Origin: Escherichia coli
GTDB taxonomy: Bacteria > Bacillota_I > Bacilli_A > RFN20 > CAG-826
Direction: 5' to 3'
Assembly (NCBI GenBank): GCA_963630675.1
Contig: CAVGNR010000001.1
Coordinates: 37,807 to 101,806, forward strand
DNA: 64,000 bases
Below, in pieces: positions 25,877-33,679 of this stretch. The notes under the pieces are model-generated. The model searched no databases. It was not told where the DNA came from and worked only from the letters and a program-made list of their open reading frames with translations. Both the position numbers and the translations under genes were made by a program. Numbering within the stretch: position 1 is the stretch's first letter; every line of letters starts with the position of its first letter.

Positions 25877-26597
25877 AATTTTCCTCCAAAAAGCAAGGAA
25901 AATTATAGAAGAAACGAAAAGAAAAAGGAACGAGAAAACCAGACCATTTTGCACGTCTTTTATAGAATCTGGATCATCAAAAAAGGCTGCAATAGGATGT
26001 TTTGGCAAATAGCATCGCTCATTTTTTAAGCCACTTTGCTGCAATTAAACGATGTTAGGCTTCTTTACCTCGAGTTTATAAGTCTTTTCTCATCAAACGT
26101 TTAGAAAAACAAAGCAATTAGGCGATTTAAAGTGAATTATGAGAATTCTTCCTTTTGTAATGTATTTGCAAATGCATTTCATGGAAGAGTAGCAGCAAAA
26201 ACACAAATAATGTTAAAGCAAAGGAATAAAAATTAAAAAATCACGGATTGAGTTTAACGAAAAAAACATATCGCCATATACGGTAAAATAAGTTGCAGAA
26301 GCGGCGACGATTGAAAAAGTTATGGAAAGAAGAATAAAAGTTAGAGGCACGAGATAAAAATTCCATACTTATCATTGCGAAATTAATAAGCAAATAATTC
26401 GTTTTCCCTAAGTCCACGAATATGTTGTCTGGGATTACGCTTAAGGCGATAGGAAAGTGTCTATCGTTTTTATGTGAGATTCTTACCGGTGGCCCGGCTT
26501 GAACTTTAGCGCGAATCCGAATTCTCTTATTCGCCCTTTTTGCCTATCAAAAAATGACATCCTCGTTAAATATAATAGTAAAAGGGGGCATTTGAAT

Positions 26598-27566
26598 ATG
26601 CCAAACAAAATGGAAAAATCACAAAATCTAAAGCCTATCGAATCGCAAAAGGATAAAGAGTGGAAGAAGAAACATGGGGCCGTGCCGCTCCTTTCAGAAG
26701 ATAGAAAAACCATAACTTATGGATTGTATCCTCAAACGGTTGTTAGCGATGCAGCAACCATTGATGCGCTCGATAAACTAACAACCACTGAACCTAATGG
26801 TTGGTATTTATATAACGATGAATATTATGTCAAATTAAAAGCTGATATTTATATTTCGCCTAATTGTTTTGATAAACGAGAACCCAAATTTAAAAACGGA
26901 ACGGTCATTATAAGTGGAAAAATATACTGGTTTAAATGCGAACCTATCGTTTGGAAGGTTTTAAGAAAAAGAAATGGCAGATATCTCGTTCTCTCTTCTT
27001 ATGTATTAGATGCGCATTGTTATGATGATGATTCTAATAGCTACTATTTCAGTGATATCCGTAAATGGCTAAATAATGAATTTTATAATTCCGCCTTTGC
27101 TTTTTGCGATAAAGATAAATATATTCAAACGACAACCATTGATAATTCAGCCTACCCTACCGATAATTCATCCAATGAATATGCTTATGATGCCAAAGAC
27201 AAAATGTTTTTGCTCAGTTTTGAAGATTATTTGAACACTAAGTACGGCTTCTCCTCTTATAATGGGCCGGATGAATCTAGAGAATGCAAACATACCGATT
27301 ATGCAGGAGTGAAGAATGATGGTGTTGGTTATGGCACCTTTGGCTATTGGACTCGCTCCCCCAGGAGCAGTTTCTCTAAGCTTGCGTGGCTTGTCGGTTA
27401 CGACGGCGGTTTGCATACTTATGGAATGGTCGATGGTGACGGCTACTACGACGATTCAAAAGGCAGGTTCATCTACTTTTGGCAACGAATTAATGTTGGC
27501 GGTGTGCGTCCCTCTCTTTGTATCAAAACCGCATACAGCATCGCCGAATTTAATAATAGTAACTAA
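26598..27566 (+). CDS. DUF6273-like protein
   Basis: Start ATG 26598 follows AAAGGGGG. Motifs IRKWLNNEFYNSAF, YWTRSP and GVRPSLCIK are recalled as typical of DUF6273. Confidence 0.65.
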   Translation: MPNKMEKSQNLKPIESQKDKEWKKKHGAVPLLSEDRKTITYGLYPQTVVSDAATIDALDKLTTTEPNGWYLYNDEYYVKLKADIYISPNCFDKREPKFKNGTVIISGKIYWFKCEPIVWKVLRKRNGRYLVLSSYVLDAHCYDDDSNSYYFSDIRKWLNNEFYNSAFAFCDKDKYIQTTTIDNSAYPTDNSSNEYAYDAKDKMFLLSFEDYLNTKYGFSSYNGPDESRECKHTDYAGVKNDGVGYGTFGYWTRSPRSSFSKLAWLVGYDGGLHTYGMVDGDGYYDDSKGRFIYFWQRINVGGVRPSLCIKTAYSIAEFNNSN

Positions 27567-27571
27567 GTTTA

Positions 27572-27919
27572 TTGCATACGCTAAGGAACCGTATACGAAA
27601 AGAGCAAAAAAGCTTGCCCATTTTGTTTTTGCGAAGACAGGTTAGGGGTATTCCTTCTTTTGAAGAGGGGAACAGGTTTAGGGGTATTAAGAACGAAGCT
27701 TTCTCAAAGGCCGAGAACCCTCTTGAACAAAAAATAAGCGAATTGAATCAGTTGCAAGAACGCAAGGAAGAGGTCAAAAGAACAACCAAAATATTGGCGT
27801 TTGTATTTCTTTTCTTTGCTGTCTCTTCAATTCCAATTTATTTGTTTCTCTCAGCTAATTTCGTTTGGCTGCCACTCTTGATTCTATCAGCGATAGGTTT
27901 TATTTTGCTTTTTTCATAA
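27572..27919 (+). CDS. Hypothetical protein with C-terminal transmembrane segments; possibly a gene remnant
   Basis: TTG-initiated ORF with no ATG or SD. Followed by an out-of-frame coiled-coil-like fragment (ELESQIATSETDVDKAKQRLDDMAKLK). Confidence 0.3.
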   Translation: MHTLRNRIRKEQKSLPILFLRRQVRGIPSFEEGNRFRGIKNEAFSKAENPLEQKISELNQLQERKEEVKRTTKILAFVFLFFAVSSIPIYLFLSANFVWLPLLILSAIGFILLFS

Positions 27920-28394
27920 GGTGACACATCATTACAGAACTGGAGTCACAAATTGCAACATCTGAGACCGATGTGGACAAAGCCAAGCAACGTCTAGATG
28001 ATATGGCAAAGCTTAAATGAGCAAAATTATTCGATGATAAACAACGTGCCATTTTTTGCCCCATTATAACTTTTTCCATATTCCCTTACATAAATTGGCG
28101 CATAGAAGAACGATCAGTTGACTGATTTCGTCATACAAGAAAGTGAGTTTCCATGATTGTTCCAAAAAACGCAGACCCGAGGTCTTAAAACAACATTTAA
28201 ATTCGTATCATTAAGTTAAATAAGCAAAAGCTTTTCGAACATGTTCGATCCAATCTTCTTTACACAATCAACATAGATGTCTTTTTAGATAAAATGCATT
28301 TGGCAAAAAATAGGCTTTATTACAAAACCATGATAAAAAATAGATATGAAAAGATTCTTGAATATTCCTACAATAAATTAATGAACAAGAAATT

Positions 28395-29165
28395 ATGAAA
28401 ACTTATATCTCTAAAGGAACAATTTGTATAAAAGGGCCATTTCAACTTATTTATGCAGTGTGCAAAATCACTTATCAGTTGAATGAAGATGATTCTTTTA
28501 AATATGTTTTTGAGCCTAATTATTCGGTAATCAGTTTATTGGATTCATCCATTTTTCAAGGTATTCCTGGATTAAACTTAGATTTAAAAAGAAAAGAATA
28601 CATTAGAATCAAAACCCCTACTTTCATTGCCGAAAGAGTTCCTTCTAAGAAAAGAGAAGACTATCTTGATTTATTAGCAAAAGTCGATATGGATTATATG
28701 GATCCAATCGAATATCTAATCAGAAGTAAAGAACAATATTCAGGTGATCCTTTGTTTTTATTGCCTTTTGAAGAGAAAGAAACGGTTTCTTTCGATGATT
28801 ATAAAAGCAATTGCACAAATTCAGCCTTAATCAAAAAAATATTATCTAGTCTTTGCTTAGGTGATGACGTCTCTATCAACGGACAAATCATCAATGACGA
28901 TAATCGAAAAGCTTTTCATGATGTCCTTATCAGCCTTTATGCCCGCTCATATAAGCAAGATAAAGAAAAGCAAATGAAGGGAATCGATGTGGCCAAAAAA
29001 GAACACATCTATAAAGGAAGAAAGCCTATTCAAACTGATAAATTATTATTTCTCGAACTTTTAGCAAAGGTTGAAAACAAGGAAACGACTCCAAAAGAAG
29101 CTATCCAACGATTAGGAATTACAAAAGCTAAATATTATCGCTTAAAAAACGAGTTTCAAAAATAA
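28395..29165 (+). CDS. Hypothetical protein with C-terminal resolvase-type HTH
   Basis: 256 aa. C-terminus YKGRKPIQTDKLLFLELLAKVENKETTPKEAIQRLGITKAKYYRLKNEF resembles HTH_7. The N-terminal 190 aa are unrecognised. Confidence 0.65.
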   Translation: MKTYISKGTICIKGPFQLIYAVCKITYQLNEDDSFKYVFEPNYSVISLLDSSIFQGIPGLNLDLKRKEYIRIKTPTFIAERVPSKKREDYLDLLAKVDMDYMDPIEYLIRSKEQYSGDPLFLLPFEEKETVSFDDYKSNCTNSALIKKILSSLCLGDDVSINGQIINDDNRKAFHDVLISLYARSYKQDKEKQMKGIDVAKKEHIYKGRKPIQTDKLLFLELLAKVENKETTPKEAIQRLGITKAKYYRLKNEFQK

Positions 29166-29318
29166 AAACATGCCCTATTGAAACTTTTGTAGTTTTAAGA
29201 TGCCTTTCAAGTAGATTTGATTATTTCAATATTAGATCTCCCTAAAACCACACAAAAAACCGCATTTTTCGGCTCAGTAAAATGGACATGGCGGAATCCT
29301 CCTGAACAAGAGGATTCT

Positions 29319-29419
29319 AAAATAAAACCCCAAAACCTAAAGATTCTGGGGTACACTTTCAACCCAACCACTTATTAACCGCATATTGGCCAGCGGGATA
29401 CCTGCAAGAAATTCCTTGC
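29319..29419 (-). ncRNA. Candidate small RNA (~100 nt) with its own promoter and terminator
   Basis: Minus strand has an extended -10 TGTTATATT (plus 29426-29434). It is followed by hairpins GCAAGgaatttCTTGC and CCGCtggccaatatGCGG. The terminator is CCCCAGAAtctttaggTTTTGGGG + TTTTATTTT. There is no ORF and no downstream gene. Confidence 0.3.
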
Positions 29420-29451
29420 ACGAATAATATAACATTTTAAATAGAAAACTG

Positions 29452-29481
29452 AAAATGAAAACCGCGTATATTTCAACGCGG
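29452..29481 (-). terminator. Putative terminator after tRNA-Glu
   Basis: Minus strand reads CCGCG-ttgaaatata-CGCGG followed by TTTTCATTTT. The stem is short. Confidence 0.45.
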
Positions 29482-29492
29482 AATCAATCAAT

Positions 29493-29569
29493 TGGTGACC
29501 TGTACGGGATTCGAACCCATGAATGTATCCTTGAAAGGGATATGAGTTAAGCCTCTTCTCCAACAGGCC
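29493..29569 (-). tRNA. tRNA-Glu (anticodon UUC)
   Basis: Reverse complement is GGCCTGTTGGAGAAGAGGCTTAACTCATATCCCTTTCAAGGATACATTCATGGGTTCGAATCCCGTACAGGTCACCA. Anticodon loop CTTTCAA. Confidence 0.93.
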
Positions 29570-29575
29570 ATAAAA

Positions 29576-29652
29576 TGGCGCTCACTATAGGGCTCGAACC
29601 TACAACAAATCGGTTAACAGCCGATTGCTCTGCCATTGAGCTAAGTGAGCGC
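29576..29652 (-). tRNA. tRNA-Asn (anticodon GUU)
   Basis: Reverse complement is GCGCTCACTTAGCTCAATGGCAGAGCAATCGGCTGTTAACCGATTTGTTGTAGGTTCGAGCCCTATAGTGAGCGCCA. Anticodon loop CTGTTAA. Confidence 0.93.
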
Positions 29653-29895
29653 ATCATTACACGCGAGTTACCGCGCACGAAATATATTACTAATTACCCA
29701 TATTCTTTGCAAGCAATATTTTCTTTTTTGTTCTTCTAAAGAAAAACTTAGATTTTTCCTAAAGAAATCTTCATTTGCATATGGCTTGAACAAGATTCCT
29801 ACTTCCTATCCGAAATCATCATCTAAAAGTTGAATTATGTCGTCTTAACTACAGAAAAAGCGCTTCAAACGAAGCGCCTTTAAGAAACGAAACAA

Positions 29896-30132
29896 TTATT
29901 TGCTTTCAAGTTTTTTATCGATAAGATCGAATAAATCACCGACAGTCTTGAATGAAGCAAGCTCTTCTGTGGTGAATTGGAAGCCGTATTTATCTTCCAA
30001 GTCTAAGCACATCTCGACAACATCAAGACTATCCAAACCAAGATCTTTCATTGGTTTGCTATCGTCGATGGAATCAAGGTGAAGTTTTTCACAGAATTGT
30101 TTTCTAATTTCGTCTAATTGGTTTGCGCTCAT
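29896..30132 (-). CDS. acpP: Acyl carrier protein
   Basis: 78 aa from ATG 30132 (AAGAGG upstream). Phosphopantetheine-site motif LGLDSLDVVEM. Confidence 0.85.
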   Translation of the reverse strand: MSANQLDEIRKQFCEKLHLDSIDDSKPMKDLGLDSLDVVEMCLDLEDKYGFQFTTEELASFKTVGDLFDLIDKKLESK

Positions 30133-30206
30133 CGTTAATGACCTCTTAACTTTCATTATTATAAGGGCTTTTTATGATGAGGCAATCAAAGAAACGATTT
30201 CATTTC

Positions 30207-30392
30207 TTAGATTTCAAACATATTAGCTGAAGAGCCTTTAACATTGCTAATCGAGTTAGAATCGGTGATAGTGATTTCTCTATCCACTTCTTTCGCACTC
30301 TTTTGGAATGTTGGGATTAAGACTGCGGCAATTGTTCCAAATGCGGCTAAAGTAAGAATCATAGCCAATAATTGTCCTTTTAATTCACTCAT
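30207..30392 (-). CDS. Pilin-like small protein (putative class III signal peptide), last gene of the Tad-like operon
   Basis: ATG 30392 is preceded by AAAGGAGGAAAAAACA. Translation is MSELKG-QLLAMILTLAAFGTIAAVLIPTF..., 61 aa. The track's TTG start at 30416 is unlikely. Confidence 0.6.
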   Translation of the reverse strand: MSELKGQLLAMILTLAAFGTIAAVLIPTFQKSAKEVDREITITDSNSISNVKGSSANMFEI

Positions 30393-30412
30393 TGTTTTTT
30401 CCTCCTTTCTTT

Positions 30413-30757
30413 TCAACCTTTATATCCGAGAACCACGGATCGATTGATACAAATTTGTTTTGTCTCGTTAGAGAAGGCGAGAGACTTATATTCTTTCCAT
30501 ATTTGGAAGAGAAAAGTGTCGCCTTCTCCTGGTATATAGCTCTCTTTATTTAGAGAGACGATATGGGCGTTATCATTCGAGACAAGTTTGATAACGTCTT
30601 CGTTTATGCTCCAATTCCTGCTAATTAATTTGCCAGCAGAAATGGCCAAACTATCTAATTGCGCATAAACCATTTGCATATGGCAGAGGTCTCCGGCATA
30701 AGCAAATATCGATAGAATGAAAGCCAAAGATAAAAGGAAACTGATATTAGATGACAT
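30413..30757 (-). CDS. TadE-like / pseudopilin-like small membrane-anchored protein
   Basis: 114 aa. N-terminal hydrophobic helix MSSNISFLLSLAFILSIFAYAG, then LDSLAISAGKLIS. The position between the TadC-like and pilin-like genes supports the call. Confidence 0.5.
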   Translation of the reverse strand: MSSNISFLLSLAFILSIFAYAGDLCHMQMVYAQLDSLAISAGKLISRNWSINEDVIKLVSNDNAHIVSLNKESYIPGEGDTFLFQIWKEYKSLAFSNETKQICINRSVVLGYKG

Positions 30758-31430
30758 TTGCGTATTCCTCCATCAAGATAACGACAGACACAGCAATGAT
30801 CCCCATCGATAAAGCCGAGGCCAACAAGGGAAGAAAATTGAAGTTTCCGAAATGGGCTTTCTCACTCTCTAGGTTTTGTTGTCGTTTGGAAACGGAGAGA
30901 GAATGAAAGAGAGTATCAAATTGGGTAAGATATTCCTCTCCTCCGCCTTCGATGGACATTTTGTAAACGGAAACCAAAACCTGGCGAATTTCGAGATTGG
31001 TGAAATTTTCTGCAAATTTCATATAAGGGCTCACACTTTTGTCATGATCGATGTCACCTAATAAAGAACGGATCTTTTCAGATAGTTCTTTGCTAGCATA
31101 CCGAAGACAATCTTCTAACGCGTTATATACAGGCCTTCCGTTTTTTACGAAGATTTCAAAATAGGCAAAAATATGCACAAATTCGTTTTCTAATTCTTTC
31201 TTTTTGTTATCCAGAATTCGTCTTGGTTTCCCTAAGAGGTAATAATCCATTCCTAAAAGAAGAACTACGATTGCTACTAAACCTACGATTTGTTTTGTTT
31301 TCCAATAAAGAAGAATACCCATAGCAAGGAGAAGCAAATCGAGAATCCCTAAAGTAATCAGCTCTATTTTTGGATTCAGTTTTGCCTCTAAATACAGTTC
31401 AATTAACTTGTTTTTTCTTTTTGAAGCCAT
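30747..31430 (-). CDS. TadC-like type II secretion system F-domain membrane protein
   Basis: 227 aa with an N-terminal TM pair. The cytoplasmic domain follows the T2SSF-like pattern (NGRPVYNALEDCLRYAS...VYKMSIEGGGEEYL). C-terminal TM present. Confidence 0.65.
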   Translation of the reverse strand: MASKRKNKLIELYLEAKLNPKIELITLGILDLLLLAMGILLYWKTKQIVGLVAIVVLLLGMDYYLLGKPRRILDNKKKELENEFVHIFAYFEIFVKNGRPVYNALEDCLRYASKELSEKIRSLLGDIDHDKSVSPYMKFAENFTNLEIRQVLVSVYKMSIEGGGEEYLTQFDTLFHSLSVSKRQQNLESEKAHFGNFNFLPLLASALSMGIIAVSVVILMEEYANVI

Positions 31431-32136
31431 GGATTTTCACCCCCTTAAATTGAATTTTTTCTTTGGTAATGCCTAAAGCAAAGAGAAAGAAAGATATATA
31501 AGCGATTAAGAAATATGCCAGAACAAGTAAGATAAAGCCGATATGGTTGATAAGTATCTGATAAAAGGACGAAAGACCGAAACGAAGAATTCCCATTACC
31601 AGTAAGCTCATTAGCCAAAGTGAGGAAAATTGAACAAGCGAGACGGTCACGTTTTTAGAATGCGAGATTCTATCTTCTTCTATCGCCGTACTTTCTTTTA
31701 GAAGAGGTGTAGCTATATCAAGAATCTCCCCTCCTTCTTCTTGATAAAGTCGAATGGTAGAGAGAAAGACACGATAGATGTCGGTTTGGAAATATTTCGA
31801 AAGATATTCCAGCCTTTCATCAAAAGATTTATCCGAAACACTATCAAGAACCTGTTTTTCTTCTCCAGAAAGGCCAAGAGTAGCGTTTTGAAAAGCAAGG
31901 TCCATAGATTTTGAAGCGCTTAAAGAAATAACGAAAGAATGGATGAAACGATATGCTTCCTGCCCTTTTCTCATCTTCATTTGGTAGCGGGAAATAAGAG
32001 GATCTATGAACAAGAAGAATAAAAGCATTCCAATGCCCAAAACCAAAAGGGCATAAAGAATTTGAGAGGTAAGCAAATAGCAGACCCCAGCAAACAATCC
32101 GCTTATAACTATATAAAAGGGAATTCTATTTTTCAT
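31399..32136 (-). CDS. TadB-like type II secretion system F-domain membrane protein
   Basis: Start ATG 32136 is preceded by AGGAG. Cytoplasmic domain SLSASKSMDLAFQNA...RLYQEEGGEILDIATPLL. C-terminal TM segments present. Confidence 0.65.
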   Translation of the reverse strand: MKNRIPFYIVISGLFAGVCYLLTSQILYALLVLGIGMLLFFLFIDPLISRYQMKMRKGQEAYRFIHSFVISLSASKSMDLAFQNATLGLSGEEKQVLDSVSDKSFDERLEYLSKYFQTDIYRVFLSTIRLYQEEGGEILDIATPLLKESTAIEEDRISHSKNVTVSLVQFSSLWLMSLLVMGILRFGLSSFYQILINHIGFILLVLAYFLIAYISFFLFALGITKEKIQFKGVKIHGFKKKKQVN

Positions 32137-33094
32137 ACGCACTCCTTTCGTAAAGAGAGACGAGTTTCTTTTCTTTTTCATCCAAGTAAGAAATTGATTT
32201 TAAATAACGATGAATGTTTCCTTCTTTGGATGTTTCTTTGACAAGATAAACGTAATAATGGAGATGATGCGCGATATCATCCATTAATTCGTCTTCTCTT
32301 AAGTTTGGGTTGCCCATCATAGCCAAACGGGCAAGACGATCGGGCATGCCTTCGACATCTTTAGCGTGGATCGTCGTTAAAATAGGGTGACCTGACATAG
32401 CACTCGTTAAGGCATCAAGCATTTCTTCTCCCCTTGCTTCTGAAACAACGATATAGTCTGGATTGTTTCTTAAGGCGTTACGAATTAGGGAAGAAAACGA
32501 AGCAATCTTAGGCGATTGTTCATTTACTAACCACGTTGTTAAATCTAGTTCAGGGATTTCTAGCATGTCTAATTCTTCGATGTTATCAATCACAATTACA
32601 CGAGTTCCTTTTTTCATGTGATAGAGACAGTATTTCTCAAATTCTGTTTTTCCAGAACTCGTTACTCCTCCAATAATGATGGATTCCTCTCTATCGAGGA
32701 GGTCTTGAATAAGAGTCCTGCTTTTTTCATCCAAAAAGGGTGAATTCTCATCAATTTGACAACCTTTCCTTTCGATACGAAGAGAGAAAGTATAGGCTTT
32801 TTCATTGGCTACCCTCGCTAAAGAATTATTCACGGCATTTAGACGGTAAGTCCCAAAGCTGACATCGAGAATAGGGTTTAAATAGGAGAATTGTCTTTCT
32901 GTCGTGTTGGCAATTTGTCGAAGAAAAGAACCCACTTCCTCGTTTGTTAAAGAGATATCGCTTTCTTCTCTGCCTTTAGAATTCGTAACGAAATACAGCT
33001 TTGAACCGTTATATGAAACGTCCGTGAGCCCTTCTTTTTCTAAAATGGGTTTAAGAAAGGAGTTTTCAAGGTATGTCACAGGATTCGTCGCCAT
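32126..33094 (-). CDS. TadA/CpaF/VirB11-family secretion ATPase
   Basis: 322 aa. Walker A GGVTSSGKTE, Asp-box-like VIVIDNIEEL, Walker B region DYIVVSEARGEE, His box GHPILTTIHA. Confidence 0.8.
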   Translation of the reverse strand: MATNPVTYLENSFLKPILEKEGLTDVSYNGSKLYFVTNSKGREESDISLTNEEVGSFLRQIANTTERQFSYLNPILDVSFGTYRLNAVNNSLARVANEKAYTFSLRIERKGCQIDENSPFLDEKSRTLIQDLLDREESIIIGGVTSSGKTEFEKYCLYHMKKGTRVIVIDNIEELDMLEIPELDLTTWLVNEQSPKIASFSSLIRNALRNNPDYIVVSEARGEEMLDALTSAMSGHPILTTIHAKDVEGMPDRLARLAMMGNPNLREDELMDDIAHHLHYYVYLVKETSKEGNIHRYLKSISYLDEKEKKLVSLYERSAYEK

Positions 33095-33095
33095 T

Positions 33096-33494
33096 TTATT
33101 TCTTCTCCTTTATGATGAAGCTTTTGCTATTTTCGTAATGATAGATGCCTTGAAAGGTAGCCTCAAAATAGAGAGTAGCTCTCTTAAAATAGGTCGTTTC
33201 TTTACCATCTATGATGTAGGGATCAGACAGTTCTTGAATTAAGGTATAGCTTCCATTCCGTAAATAAGGATCTAGATTGGTTTTAAAATAGTTTACCGTC
33301 ACTCTTTTCCAGGCCGTTTTATAGAAAAAGGGGCCGTAAGGTTTTTCGTTCTCCCCTCTCGCTAAAACCGCTTGTTGGGCAAGGGAGAAATCAAATCCTT
33401 CAAAGACACGTTTAATCTTCCCTAATGAGGAGGAATAAGAAAACATCTGGACACTAAAGCTAAAAACCAAGGCGATAAGAAGATAATTCATCAT
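33096..33494 (-). CDS. N-terminally anchored small protein of the Tad-like operon, unknown (possible minor pilin/TadF-like)
   Basis: 132 aa. MMNYLLIALVFSFSVQMF hydrophobic N-terminus. There is a 1-nt gap to the ATPase start. Confidence 0.6.
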   Translation of the reverse strand: MMNYLLIALVFSFSVQMFSYSSSLGKIKRVFEGFDFSLAQQAVLARGENEKPYGPFFYKTAWKRVTVNYFKTNLDPYLRNGSYTLIQELSDPYIIDGKETTYFKRATLYFEATFQGIYHYENSKSFIIKEKK

Positions 33495-33616
33495 AATTCT
33501 TCCTCCACGTAATAACTAGAATTCTTGTGCGAACCAAAATAATTCTTTGATTTGGTATAAGAGAATTTCCCTGTAATATCCACTAAGCCTAGCGCTCCAA
33601 CATTTAACAATTCCAT
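33491..33616 (-). CDS. 41-aa ORF, or readthrough extension of the upstream gene
   Basis: MELLNVGALGLVDITGKFSYTKSKNYFGSHKNSSYYVEEEL. Its TGA overlaps the ATG of the next gene (TTATGATG). It is in frame with the 345-aa ORF across TAG 33680-33682. Confidence 0.4.
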   Translation of the reverse strand: MELLNVGALGLVDITGKFSYTKSKNYFGSHKNSSYYVEEEL

Positions 33617-33679
33617 TTGAAAAAGGAATTTATATTCGCTTTTATCGGGAATAGAAGGTATAGGAAAACCACTTCTAAC

